A DNA stretch of 61,910 nt, counting the filler, from Pseudomonadota bacterium (GTDB lineage Bacteria > Desulfobacterota > Desulfobacteria > Desulfobacterales > JBDRRP01), in the NCBI GenBank assembly GCA_043825735.1. It is 4 parts of 4 records of this genome, joined end to end, with 100 filler letters (N's around TTAATTAATTAA, not from the genome) between each part and the next. Parts side by side here need not be neighbours in the genome. Positions count along the whole stretch, not along the records: positions 1 to 26,168 come from JBDRRP010000032.1; 3 more parts are not named here. One strand, 5' to 3'. Position 1 is the first letter of the stretch. Every line of letters begins with the position of its first letter. The notes beneath the pieces are model-generated. The model saw nothing but the letters and a program-made list of their open reading frames with translations. It was not told where the DNA came from and did not search any database. Shown here in pieces: positions 1 through 9,369 of the stretch. Position numbers and translations under genes: made by a program.

Positions 1-140
1 TTGACGACAGAACCCCGGATGAGGTCTACTACGGTCTGCCTCACCCTTACTCTGAGGCGGCCTGATGCCTCTATATTTTATTCTTCTGGCTCTTAGCTTA
101 ACGAACCCATCCGGCTGTCCAAGCTTTGGGGTCCACCCCA
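1..140 (+). mobile_element. Right end of an IS3-family insertion sequence (partial)
   Basis: Frame 3 reads DDRTPDEVYYGLPHPYSEAA* (stop 63-65), the typical C-terminus of an IS3 OrfB transposase. It is followed by a terminal-IR-like CTGTCCAAGCTTTGGGGTCCACCCCA ending in CA at 140. Confidence 0.7.
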
Positions 141-141
141 C

Positions 142-423
142 ATAGAATACGGCACCGCTTATCTTTATCTGCTTGACAGCCAGTATCTTGCACGCATCAG
201 CGATCCGGTTGCCAGAGAATACTGCACCATCGCTGCATACAATGCCGGCGCCGGAACGGTTTTCAAGACCTTCAGCCCCGACCGCAATCGCGCAGTGGAC
301 GTGATCAACCGGATGCCTCCCCTGGAAGTCTACCAGAAGCTACGGTCCACCATGCCCAGCGATGAAGGCCGACGGTACCTGACGAAGGTCATGAACGCCA
401 AAAAACAATTCATTAATTTTTGA
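142..423 (+). pseudogene. mltC: 3' part of membrane-bound lytic murein transglycosylase C, interrupted by the IS
   Basis: IEYGTAYLYLL...CTIAAYNAGAG...EGRRYLTKV matches the MltC/SLT C-terminus. There is no start codon, and the frame begins immediately after the IS end. Confidence 0.75.
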
Positions 424-555
424 CAGTCCCGTAAAAAGTCTGAAATCACCACAGAGGACGCAGAGAACGCAGAGATAACTAACTAATTATTCGGTGTATT
501 CTCTGCGGCCCGCTGCGGTCTCTGTGGTTCAAAATCACTTTTTACGGATTCATCA
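421..555. repeat. MITE/REP-like element with TGA..CGTAAAAAGT / ACTTTTTACG..TCA termini
   Basis: Imperfect terminal inverted repeats and an internal GCAGAG/CTCTGC palindrome. Homologs lie at 34513, 38895 and 43799-44212. Confidence 0.75.
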
Positions 556-1785
556 GAATTTGAAAACGTCTTTTTCCTTGGGCGTAATACACCGGACGCT
601 GCTGTTTTTTTCTTTGAGCAGTGCCACCGCCTCGTCGTTCTTGTTGGCGATATCTTCGTCGGTCTGGCTTGGGTCGTGGTGGAACAGAAAAAGGGCGTCG
701 ACCGCGGCGGCATGAGCCAGTGCCACGACTTGCGGCACGGCGGAATGCCCCCAGCCGGTTTTACCGGCGTATTCAGCCGCGCGAAAGGTGCAATCGATAA
801 TCAGGGCGTCCGCGCCGCGGACAAACTCGGTTAATTGCAGGAGGTAGAAGGCATTGTGCTGCGGACTGTCAGGGGGGTAGAGTTCATTGTCGGTAGCATA
901 GCAAATGGATTTGCCGCCATAGGTCACCCGATATCCCAGGCAGTGACCAGGGTGATTGAGCAGCATGGTGCGCACCTGGATGCCATCGATATCGATGGTC
1001 TCTTCGTTGAGGTCCCGGAAAACCACGTGAGCACTGAACTCCTTGATCCGGATCGGAAAATAGACCCCGTCCATCTGCCCGGAGATCATGTCCCGGACGG
1101 AGATATCTCCGTGGGAAGGCCCCAGGATTTCGATGTGATTGCCCTGTACGTACAACGGCGCAAAAAACGGCAGTGCGTTGATGTGGTCCCAATGGGGATG
1201 GGAAATGAATATCTTGGCATTGATCAGCGGCCTCTTGATGGCCATGAGATGATCGGACAGACTCTTGATGCCCGTGCCGGCATCGAAAATAAATAGATTG
1301 CCTCGAGGAAACCGGATACTTACGCAGGGCGTGTTGCCGCCATAGAGAACCGTCTTGCTTCCCGGCACCGGCAATGTGCCCCGCACACCCCAGAAGGTCA
1401 GTTCCATGTAATCCTCCAGAATACGCCGGACCTGTTTTGGGAAGTTCTCGGCATCGACCGGCTTGATGATATAACCGTCGGCGCCGAATCCGATCGCCCG
1501 TTGCCGGTCAAATTCATATGACTTGCCCGTCACCATCACGATCTTCAATTTCTCCAGACCCGGCGTGGCACGCAGGCGCTTGAGCAGCTCAAGACCGTCA
1601 AGTCCGGGCATCATCATGTCCAGAAGCACACAATCGGGGCGTTTGCGCGGGATGTCTTCAAGTGCGGAAAGACTGGACGTCGAGCTGTGAGTCGTGTGGC
1701 TCAATGGTTCTAGAAATCGGCTCAGAAGACGCACGAAAATCTCGTCGTCATCTACAATGTAGAAGCTGAAACGCCGATCATCCAT
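553..1785 (-). CDS. Response regulator receiver fused to an MBL-fold metallo-hydrolase
   Basis: N-terminal REC domain (IVDDD, LLDMMMP, KP) followed by FWGVRG...YGGNT...SHPHWDH...WGHS...LFHHDP. The ATG at 1785 is preferred over the longer ORF start. Confidence 0.9.
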   Translation of the reverse strand: MDDRRFSFYIVDDDEIFVRLLSRFLEPLSHTTHSSTSSLSALEDIPRKRPDCVLLDMMMPGLDGLELLKRLRATPGLEKLKIVMVTGKSYEFDRQRAIGFGADGYIIKPVDAENFPKQVRRILEDYMELTFWGVRGTLPVPGSKTVLYGGNTPCVSIRFPRGNLFIFDAGTGIKSLSDHLMAIKRPLINAKIFISHPHWDHINALPFFAPLYVQGNHIEILGPSHGDISVRDMISGQMDGVYFPIRIKEFSAHVVFRDLNEETIDIDGIQVRTMLLNHPGHCLGYRVTYGGKSICYATDNELYPPDSPQHNAFYLLQLTEFVRGADALIIDCTFRAAEYAGKTGWGHSAVPQVVALAHAAAVDALFLFHHDPSQTDEDIANKNDEAVALLKEKNSSVRCITPKEKDVFKF

Positions 1786-1921
1786 CAAAGACTCCGTGAG
1801 GCGAAAAGAAGTGCCGTCGACGGCTGTATTTTCCCGCGGCAGGACCCGAACGACCGAGAGATGCTGGGATAGCACCTCAAACCTAATCGATTGTTATAAA
1901 ACTGTCAATATTCACAGATTG

Positions 1922-2101
1922 TTAAGAACGGGGCCGGCGGCCTCGGTGCGGATGGGGTCCGCTGAGCAGGCAGGCCATCATGAATGGCAGCATGAAAAGA
2001 TACTCCAGCACAAACCCGATCATCATGACCGTCAGCATGATGGGCAGCTTGTAACCATACCACGTCAACCGTCGCCAGAGTCTTCTCACCTGTTCGTTCA
2101 C
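1922..2101 (-). CDS. Small hypothetical membrane protein (59 aa; not in the ORF track)
   Basis: GTG-start ORF MNEQVRRLWRRLTWYGYKLPIMLTVMMIGFVLEYLFMLPFMMACLLSGPHPHRGRRPRS*, with a central hydrophobic stretch and basic flanks. Confidence 0.45.
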   Translation of the reverse strand: MNEQVRRLWRRLTWYGYKLPIMLTVMMIGFVLEYLFMLPFMMACLLSGPHPHRGRRPRS

Positions 2102-2229
2102 CTCGGCATGCCATTTTCAGGCGATATAAAAACAGCGCCGACGACGCTCTGAGACTGAGCGCACCAGCGACCGCGACCGTGTATCACAGGCGGGCGGTGA
2201 AAGACAACGGGCATCCTGCGTCATGCGCC

Positions 2230-2424
2230 TCAGGCATCCGTGCTGTTGGTGTCAGGCGCACGACCTGAAAGCGTCACCACCACATCTTCGTCGAAATCGG
2301 GTTTCCGGTCCCGCTTTTTTTTCCGCTGCTTGCGATCTTGCGGTGGCTTCACCGGGGCGATTGCGCTGCGATGGAAGGGGTGCCCGAGGGGTGCGATGGT
2401 TTTGTATAGTGTCGAAATATCCAT
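2230..2424 (-). CDS. Small hypothetical protein (64 aa)
   Basis: AGGAG RBS upstream of the ATG; basic patch followed by DVVVTLS. Confidence 0.5.
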   Translation of the reverse strand: MDISTLYKTIAPLGHPFHRSAIAPVKPPQDRKQRKKKRDRKPDFDEDVVVTLSGRAPDTNSTDA

Positions 2425-2470
2425 AGCCTGGGTCTCCTGTCCCTAGTATCGGCAGATGTTCGGCAACCTT

Positions 2471-2635
2471 TATATTACTTGTCAGAATAATGTTCCGATT
2501 CACCCCCACGATCCTATCGGGGTCGGGGTCGAAATCGGGATCGGAATCAATGTTTTCAAGGTCGATAGCGATAGCGATTTCGATGTTCACACGGCATTGT
2601 TGTGCAGACGGAACGTTTTTATGACAATTGCGGTA
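2471..2635. repeat. Hexamer-rich (ATCGGG/CGATAG) MITE-like palindromic element
   Basis: TIR TTGTCAGAATAATGTTCC (2479) / GGAACGTTTTTATGACAA (2610) with an internal (ATCGRR)n...(CGATWK)n palindrome. Homolog at 7052-7185, related copy at 38710-38850. Confidence 0.7.
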
Positions 2636-2808
2636 GTGTCCACGGCAGGCGCTCATGGTATCGGGCAAAGATGCCGATATTCTGCATGTGAGCGGCAGGA
2701 CCGAAAGCGGCTTGACCCAATGGGTGATTCGGGATAGGGACTGGTTCACCGCTGGTGAGCATCTATCGGCCGGGACTCGCCAACGCCGGCCCACGACATG
2801 GCGACTGA

Positions 2809-3978
2809 ATGTACATATCCGCATTCCTGCATCGAGACGCGCTGTTTGAAATCACCGGCCGCTGGCTGTCCAGCCGACTGGCACCGGAAGATCCGCTCCA
2901 GATTACGCGCATTATCAACTACGACAGTTTTGCCGCCTGGGAAACGCTGCTGGGGTTTATCCCCCCGCTGTTGACCCACCTTGGCAAGCCGCACTACGGT
3001 GAGCGCTCTATTAACCGAAAAAAAGATCTGAAGGACTGGATCTGCAATGGTCTCAACGGCGGATCACCGCGCATTCATGAGCTCTGCGCCGCCTATCGCA
3101 GCATGCCCGAGTTCTACTTCATCGGCTCCCCCGTAGCCGGTACACTCTTTCATGACGATGCCGATCGCATCATCTGCTTCAGCCGCCTCAAACGGGTCAG
3201 GCGGATCGCAGAAAAGGCCAACCGGTACGTTTCCGCTCACATTCTCAAGGATGTGCGCGAGCAAGCACTGACACTGCTGCGTCAGCGCGGCATTCGTCAA
3301 TCCGCGTCTGCAGAACTTCCCCTGAATGTCCTGTCCGAAGCGGAACTCAAAGTAATGCGGGAAATCAAGGAAAACGGCATCCAGCTGCCGGTTCAGTCCA
3401 TGACGCTGAAGGACGTGCTGGGCATGAAGATCATCGATACCGGGTTCGGCGAGAAGGGCATCGAAGGCGCCATCGATACCATGGCATCGGCCACCATCGT
3501 GGAAAAGGAACGTCATTGCGGCGATTACAATGCCGTACACTACGTCATCGAGATCACCGTTGATTTTGACGCACTGAGCGACGCCTTCAGAAAAGGGGCG
3601 AACCCCTCTGTCCTGGCCCGCAGGGGGCTGCCTACGGAGGATGTCACCGCCGACTTTGATGCCTTTATCACCACAGGCGTGGACTCGGTGCAGGTGGACC
3701 TCATACTCACCACTTTCGACGAACTGGTGGAATCTGAAATCGGCCGCGCCATGCACGAGATCCGCATCTTTCGTCAGCGACAGCAAAAGGCCTTTTACGG
3801 CAACATCCCCGTCAACATCGAATATATCCTGGAATACATGCTGGCCGTGGGCCTCAGTCCCACGGTGGCCCTCGACGACATCCCCATCAAAATCTGGGGC
3901 CGCTACCTGCCCGACACGCTGAGTCACCTCATCCGGCAGCTTTACCACTTGCCGGAGTATGCCCTCCTCACCCACTAG
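2809..3978 (+). CDS. Hypothetical protein with divergent RelA/SpoT-like nucleotidyltransferase motifs
   Basis: 389-aa ORF. RLKRVRRIAEK, KDVLGMKII, DYNAVHY and VDLILTT...ESEIGRAMHE occur in the order of the RelA/SpoT synthetase motifs. Confidence 0.7.
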   Translation: MYISAFLHRDALFEITGRWLSSRLAPEDPLQITRIINYDSFAAWETLLGFIPPLLTHLGKPHYGERSINRKKDLKDWICNGLNGGSPRIHELCAAYRSMPEFYFIGSPVAGTLFHDDADRIICFSRLKRVRRIAEKANRYVSAHILKDVREQALTLLRQRGIRQSASAELPLNVLSEAELKVMREIKENGIQLPVQSMTLKDVLGMKIIDTGFGEKGIEGAIDTMASATIVEKERHCGDYNAVHYVIEITVDFDALSDAFRKGANPSVLARRGLPTEDVTADFDAFITTGVDSVQVDLILTTFDELVESEIGRAMHEIRIFRQRQQKAFYGNIPVNIEYILEYMLAVGLSPTVALDDIPIKIWGRYLPDTLSHLIRQLYHLPEYALLTH

Positions 3979-4122
3979 CGCCCATCCACAGACGGCATCT
4001 TTTGGCCCAGAGCGGCGTTTTCGCTCTTTTCGAAATCCTCGAAATAGCTCCGCTATTCCTCCGGTTTCGAAAATGCTCAGGCCTTGCTCTGAACCAAAAT
4101 CTGCCGCCTGTGAATGGGCGCT
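3977..4122. repeat. Palindromic element with an ATCCTCGAAATA...TATTCCTCCGG core
   Basis: Arms AGCGCCCATCCACAGACGGCA / TGCCGCCTGTGAATGGGCGCT. The same core recurs at about 4255-4325 and 33480-33535. Confidence 0.7.
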
Positions 4123-4205
4123 GGCTCCTTTGCCGCATCTTTTGGTCAAGCGCTGCGTTTTTAAGCCCCCAAACATCGCGGGGGCTTACCAGTAAGGCAT
4201 TGGGC

Positions 4206-4368
4206 CATTTTCGATTCGCTCACGGTCGCTCGCTGGGCTGGCCCGCACTTTTTGAAATCCTCGACGTAGCTCCGCTACGCCTCCGGTTGCAAAAGTGCTC
4301 GGGCCTTGCCAGGAACCAAAATCTACCACCTGGGAAGACCCGCCGTCGACTGGGTTTCGAAAATGATC
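4206..4368. repeat. Second copy of the ATCCTCGA-core element
   Basis: GAAATCCTCGACGTAGCTCCGCTACGCCTCCGG...GCCTTG...AACCAAAATCT is nearly identical to 4032-4102. Confidence 0.6.
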
Positions 4369-4522
4369 GCAAAAATATGGACCCACAGACCTTGCGCGCG
4401 CTGTTTCCCATCTTATCGTTAATAAAGCCTACTCGATTGGTAGGGTTTCTCGGAAACAAACGACAGAGTGTCAACACCCGAACCGATCCCGGGCTTATAT
4501 GAAACGACTTCAAGGGGGCATC

Positions 4523-4741
4523 ATGAAAGATATTCGAAAATTTGCAGTACTGGCAATCGTAGCGGCCGTTTTCGCTTTTGGGTCCGTATTTGCCACACCG
4601 GCACTGGCCGGCAATACCTTCTTCGATGACAGCACCTCCGCATGGCTGAGCGGAAGTTCACCAAACGCGTCAGTAGCCGTCGCATCCCAGCCCTGCGATC
4701 CGGCCTCGATCAAAAAAGGCGGCCTGAGCTTTCTGCCGTAA
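4523..4741 (+). CDS. Small secreted hypothetical protein (72 aa)
   Basis: GGGGG RBS, a classic signal peptide ending in ALA, and a downstream terminator. Confidence 0.7.
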   Translation: MKDIRKFAVLAIVAAVFAFGSVFATPALAGNTFFDDSTSAWLSGSSPNASVAVASQPCDPASIKKGGLSFLP

Positions 4742-4758
4742 CAATAGATTTTATATAT

Positions 4759-4806
4759 AAAACGAAAATGGGGGGTCGGCATTAACCGACCCCCCATTTT
4801 CGTTTT
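4759..4806. terminator. Bidirectional intrinsic terminator
   Basis: Perfect stem AAAACGAAAATGGGGGGTCGG...CCGACCCCCCATTTTCGTTTT between convergent genes. Confidence 0.85.
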
Positions 4807-4814
4807 ATTTTTTG

Positions 4815-6788
4815 TTAAAAATCGGTGAACTCGTCATCCAGGGGGATGATCTGCGCTGGCGTCACTTTCCCAGAGGGACGCACCGCAACAGCCTTTGATT
4901 TTGTTGAAGGCCGCGCTCTGGTGGCAATCGCCGGGTGAGCACCCCTTGCTGTGCCAGCATTTCGTTCCAGCCTTTTTTGGCTTCGGCCTCCCACCAGGGC
5001 CGCCAGTTCATTGGTCATGCGCTTCATCTGTTCGGCCTGAGCGGTCATTTCCTCGGCGGCACTGGCCGATTCTTCGGCAGTGGCGGCGTTCTGCTGGGTC
5101 ACTTTATCCATTTCCACGATAGCCGTATTCACCTGGCCGATCCCCTGGGCCTGTTCGCCAGAAGCCGCTGCGATTTCAGCGACCAGATCCCCCACCTTGC
5201 CGGCGCTTTCAGCGACCTTGCCAAAGGCGTCATTGGTGCGGGTCACCAGTTCCGAGCCGTCGCCCACCTTTTTGATCGTCCCCTCGATGAGCCCAGCGGT
5301 ATTTTTTGCGGCATCGGCAGCCCGCATGGCCAGATTCCTCACCTCGTCGGCCACCACGGCGAACCCTGCCCCGGCTTCGCCCGCGCGTGCGGCTTCCACC
5401 GCGGCGTTCAAGGCTAAAAGGTTGGTCTGAAAAGCGATCTCATCGATTGTCTTGATGATCTTGCCGGTCTCCTCGCTAGCGCTCGTGATCTCTGCCATGG
5501 ATCGCGTCAGTTGGGTCATGGATTCGTTGGCATGGCCCACGACACTGTTGGCATTCTGCATGAGTTTGTTGGCCTGTTTGGAATTGTCGGCGTTCTGGTT
5601 AGTCATCGACGACATTTCTTCAAGAGATGCGGAGGTCTCCTCGATGGAGGCCGCCTGTTCCGAAGACCCCTCGGCCAGTTGCTGGGCCGCGGCCGATACC
5701 TGCCCGGCGGCGGCAGCCACCTGGGAAGCCCCTTCATTCATCTCAACGGTGATGCGCTGGAGCACATGGGAGATGCTTCGGGTGATAAAAAACGCCAGGA
5801 AAAGACCGACCACCACGGCAATGGCGCTGACAATGGACACATTGCGCTTGGTTCCCTGGGCAGCGGCCAGCATCACTTCATCGGTCATGATGCTGCTGCG
5901 GGCCTGTTTTCTCACATCCTGCAGCAATCCCTGAACGCTGCCCAGAGCCGGCACCGTCTGAGTGGCAAAAATCTGGTTGGCCTGGTGCATCCCTTCGAGG
6001 TTGTCGTCGGCTTCCTTTTTGAGGATGCGCAGCATGCCCACGGTCTCGTTCAGCAGGGGCAAGGTCAACGAGGTGAAAACGCCGGTTGCCGCCTCACGGG
6101 ACACCGCCAGATTTTCCTGGATCTTATGGGCCGAAGCGTGCAGCGCGGCGTGTTTCTCAACCATGGCATTCCAGGTTTGCTTGAATTTGTCGGTGCCATT
6201 CTCATAGGCGCGTCGGGCCTCCGGTCCGGAGAGCCATTTTCCCAATCCGCAAAGCGTGGCGTCGGTCTGGACATGCAGTTCGCTGTCGCCCTTGATGATG
6301 GCATCCCTGATCTGAGCGGCCCAGTTGAGGTGGTCGATCTCCCGCTCCAGCAGCAAGGGGGCCAGATCCACATCGGCCTGACGGAAGACCTTGTTAATGG
6401 CGATGGCGCTTTCGTGAAGTTGCCTGTGCGGGGCTTCGAGTTCCTTGAGCAGCGGCGCCAGGCTGGGCACCATGTGTTCCGCCGCTTTCCGCTCGTCGCT
6501 GTAAAGCCACTTGCCGAAACCGCACTTGTGGTCGTCGGTCTCCACTTTCAGTTCTGTGACCTTTTCATCGGTGAGCAGTGCATTGACTTGGTTGACCCAG
6601 TTGAGATGGTCCACTTCCTTTTGGGCCAAAAGGCCGTCGAGCTTGTTGCCGTCGATCACCTGACCGGCATTGTTGACAATGCCGCCCACGCCGATGAAAC
6701 TCAGTGCACCGACCCCGATGAGCAGTGTCAGCACAACACCAAAGCCAAACAGAATCCGTTTTCCGATGGTCATCTTCTGCCAGTTCAT
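4815..6788 (-). CDS. Methyl-accepting chemotaxis protein with two CZB (zinc-binding) domains
   Basis: TM1, two H..W...C.(F/L)GKW...H..LH repeats, TM2, the MCP signalling hairpin [23 protein letters not shown], and C-terminal pentapeptide EFTDF. Confidence 0.92.
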   Translation of the reverse strand: MNWQKMTIGKRILFGFGVVLTLLIGVGALSFIGVGGIVNNAGQVIDGNKLDGLLAQKEVDHLNWVNQVNALLTDEKVTELKVETDDHKCGFGKWLYSDERKAAEHMVPSLAPLLKELEAPHRQLHESAIAINKVFRQADVDLAPLLLEREIDHLNWAAQIRDAIIKGDSELHVQTDATLCGLGKWLSGPEARRAYENGTDKFKQTWNAMVEKHAALHASAHKIQENLAVSREAATGVFTSLTLPLLNETVGMLRILKKEADDNLEGMHQANQIFATQTVPALGSVQGLLQDVRKQARSSIMTDEVMLAAAQGTKRNVSIVSAIAVVVGLFLAFFITRSISHVLQRITVEMNEGASQVAAAAGQVSAAAQQLAEGSSEQAASIEETSASLEEMSSMTNQNADNSKQANKLMQNANSVVGHANESMTQLTRSMAEITSASEETGKIIKTIDEIAFQTNLLALNAAVEAARAGEAGAGFAVVADEVRNLAMRAADAAKNTAGLIEGTIKKVGDGSELVTRTNDAFGKVAESAGKVGDLVAEIAAASGEQAQGIGQVNTAIVEMDKVTQQNAATAEESASAAEEMTAQAEQMKRMTNELAALVGGRSQKRLERNAGTARGAHPAIATRARPSTKSKAVAVRPSGKVTPAQIIPLDDEFTDF

Positions 6789-6864
6789 GGTCTTGCCTCC
6801 CTGTGCGACTGCTTTTGCATTGTCCGGCTGCCTGCCGGTTTTTTATATTACGCTACAACGCTAT

Positions 6865-6880
6865 TTCAAGATTTGTGCCA
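6865..6880 (-). promoter_or_regulatory. Putative sigma54 (-24/-12) promoter
   Basis: TGGCAC-AAATC-TTGAA on the minus strand upstream of the MCP. Confidence 0.5.
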
Positions 6881-7051
6881 TTGCCCATGAATTCTTGAAC
6901 AATTGCTTAAAATCTAAAAAAAACGAATACATACTATAACATATTGAATTTATAGTTTTTCATACGCTATCGATCGGATATTCAAAATATTGACGCATTT
7001 CCGGTAGAAGCTGTCTGAAAATTCACACTGTCTGGATTAATGGACGGTTTA

Positions 7052-7185
7052 TCCCTGATATCCTCTCGGGGTCGGGATCGATATCGGGATCGAAATCGTT
7101 GAGTTCCAAGGCCGATAGCGATTTCGATTTCGATGCTCATCAGGAGGTGTTGTGGAAATGGAACGTATCTATGTCAATAGCTCTA
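7052..7185. repeat. Hexamer-rich MITE-like element (copy 2)
   Basis: Collinear similarity to 2505-2635. Confidence 0.65.
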
Positions 7186-7243
7186 AGCAGCACCGAAATG
7201 GCCCCGGTACGGATGGCCGACGCCTTGGTCGCGTCAATAATTG

Positions 7244-7273
7244 AAAGGGGCGGGGCTTTCGCCGCCGCCCCTT
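7244..7273 (-). terminator. Hairpin terminator after the second MCP
   Basis: AAGGGGCGG...CCGCCCCTT stem just downstream of the stop codon. Confidence 0.6.
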
Positions 7274-7301
7274 CTTTTAGAGGGAGGGAATAGTAGCGAA
7301 G

Positions 7302-9290
7302 TTAGAAATCGGAGAATTCATCATCGAGCGGGATGAGCTTTTCAGGGCTCAATTCCTGAGTCGCCCTTTGGGGCAGGGCTTTCGTTCCTGAGTTTTTACC
7401 TTTCAGGGCGGCACTGGGGAGATGCCCGTGATGGCGCACATGCCTGGGCGCATTTTTTCGTGCCAGGCCGCCACCCTCATTGCCGCCGACCATTTGCACC
7501 AGCTCTTCGACGAAGGCCTTCATCTGCTCGGCCTGGGCGTTCATCTCTTCCGAAGCTGAAGCCGATTCCTCGGCGTTGGCCGCGTTTTGCTGGGTGATCT
7601 TGTCCATCTCGGTGACGGCCTTGTTGATCTCCTGGATCCCCTGGGCCTGCTCGCTGGAGGCCGCGGCGATCTCGCCCACGATCTCGCCCACCTTGGCCGC
7701 GCTGCGGGCCACCTCGGCAAACCCCTCGCTGGTGGAGCTCACCAGGGCCGAACCGTCGCTGACCTTCTTCACCGTGCCCTCGATCAGGGCCGCCGTGTTC
7801 TTGGCCGCGTCGGCCGCTCGCATGGCCAGGTTTCTCACCTCGTCGGCCACCACCGCAAAGCCGGCACCGGCCTCGCCCGCACGGGCCGCCTCCACCGCCG
7901 CGTTCAGGGCCAGCAGATTGGTCTGGAAGGCGATCTCGTCGATGGTCTTGATGATCTTGCTGGTCTCCTCGCTGGCCGTTGAAATCTCCGCCATCGAGGT
8001 GATCATCTGTTCCATGGAGGTATTGGCCTTGGCCACCACCTGGTTGGCCTCTTTCATGAGACTGTCGGCCTGACCCGCATTGGCCGCGTTTTGCTTGGTC
8101 ATGGTGCTCATCTCTTCAAGGGAGGCCGAAGACTCCTCCAGCGAGGCGGCCTGCTCGGAGGCCCCCGATGCGAGCGACTGGCTGGCCGATGACACCTGCC
8201 CGGCCGCCGATGCCACCTGCTCGGCCCCTTCGGAAAGCCCGCCGATGATCTTGGTCAGGGCGCGGCTGATGGAAACGCTCAGGAAGATACCAAAACCCAG
8301 GGCCACGACGAACCCGGCGATCATGCCGACCATGGACTCGATCTTCGCCAGGGCCGCCTCGCCGGCGGAGGCTTTCTGGGCGGCGGCGGCGACATCGTCG
8401 TTGATCCGGACGATTTTCTCCAGCAGCGCCAAGGCCGCCGCCTGTTTCTCGCGGGCGGTGACCATCGCCTGATGCTCCATGTCGGCGAACAGCTTCTGCG
8501 ATTTGGCGATTTCATCGCGAATCACATAGAGTTGACCGAAGGTCTCCGCTGCCGCAGGCTTCATGACCGTCGCATACAGGTTCCGGGCGGTATCGTGGTC
8601 TCCCGCCGCTACGGCGGACTTGATCTTTTTGACCACGTCGTGAAACCGGCGATGCGGATCATCGACGGCGGCCAGGGCCTTGACGATCACCGCGTTTTCC
8701 GATTGATAGCCTGCCAGCCACTTGCCAAACGCGCAGGCCGTGTGGTCGTCACCGCCGCTGAACTGCGCGCCGCCGTCGATCAACTCGCCGGTTTCGGCCA
8801 TCAGTTTATAATGGTCGCCGCGGAACTGCTCCATCCTCGCCCGCAGCGTGTCCGGATTGAGGATGTCGGTCTTGTCGAGCGTTCTGGACAGATCCATGAA
8901 CGCGTTGTTCTCCTTGGCCCAAGCCTCCCACGCAGGTACGAATTGTTTCCACAAGGTGGCCTCCTCGGGCGTCTGCGGCAGCGGGGCGTACACTTCCCAG
9001 GCCTCGCGGTACGCCGCGCGGGCCTTTGCGATATTGTCGTACTGTTGCTGCCGGGCCTCCTTGCCGAGGTGGGGGTTGAGCAGGGTGCGCTGGGCCACGC
9101 GGATCGCCTCGGCCTTTTCCTCGATGACCAGAAGGCTCTGAATGCTGGGAAGCTGCACCTGACCGATCTCCACCAGATGATCGCTGAGCGACTGGACCCC
9201 GTTCCACCCGACAAATCCGACCACCAGGGTAATGGCGGCCACGATCACGAAGCTGCCGATCAATTTAACGCTGAGTTTCATGTTTTTCAT
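7302..9290 (-). CDS. Methyl-accepting chemotaxis protein (four-helix-bundle sensor with an inserted CZB domain)
   Basis: TM1, 4HB-type LPSIQSLL segment, CZB motif DH...CAFGKW...HRRFH, TM2, MCP hairpin, and C-terminal EFSDF. Confidence 0.92.
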   Translation of the reverse strand: MKNMKLSVKLIGSFVIVAAITLVVGFVGWNGVQSLSDHLVEIGQVQLPSIQSLLVIEEKAEAIRVAQRTLLNPHLGKEARQQQYDNIAKARAAYREAWEVYAPLPQTPEEATLWKQFVPAWEAWAKENNAFMDLSRTLDKTDILNPDTLRARMEQFRGDHYKLMAETGELIDGGAQFSGGDDHTACAFGKWLAGYQSENAVIVKALAAVDDPHRRFHDVVKKIKSAVAAGDHDTARNLYATVMKPAAAETFGQLYVIRDEIAKSQKLFADMEHQAMVTAREKQAAALALLEKIVRINDDVAAAAQKASAGEAALAKIESMVGMIAGFVVALGFGIFLSVSISRALTKIIGGLSEGAEQVASAAGQVSSASQSLASGASEQAASLEESSASLEEMSTMTKQNAANAGQADSLMKEANQVVAKANTSMEQMITSMAEISTASEETSKIIKTIDEIAFQTNLLALNAAVEAARAGEAGAGFAVVADEVRNLAMRAADAAKNTAALIEGTVKKVSDGSALVSSTSEGFAEVARSAAKVGEIVGEIAAASSEQAQGIQEINKAVTEMDKITQQNAANAEESASASEEMNAQAEQMKAFVEELVQMVGGNEGGGLARKNAPRHVRHHGHLPSAALKGKNSGTKALPQRATQELSPEKLIPLDDEFSDF

Positions 9291-9369
9291 CTGTCCGTCT
9301 CCTTGTTTCCTGGAACCATCGACGTTAGTGCCGGCAACGGCTGCTCACCGGCCGTTTTGCATATCGCTG

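Noticed and set aside
2252..2824. ORFs spanning repeat elements (also 4002-4502, 38583-38906, 43398-43949, 45881-46275)
   Set aside because: Their translations are low-complexity products of palindromic repeats or intron RNA domains.
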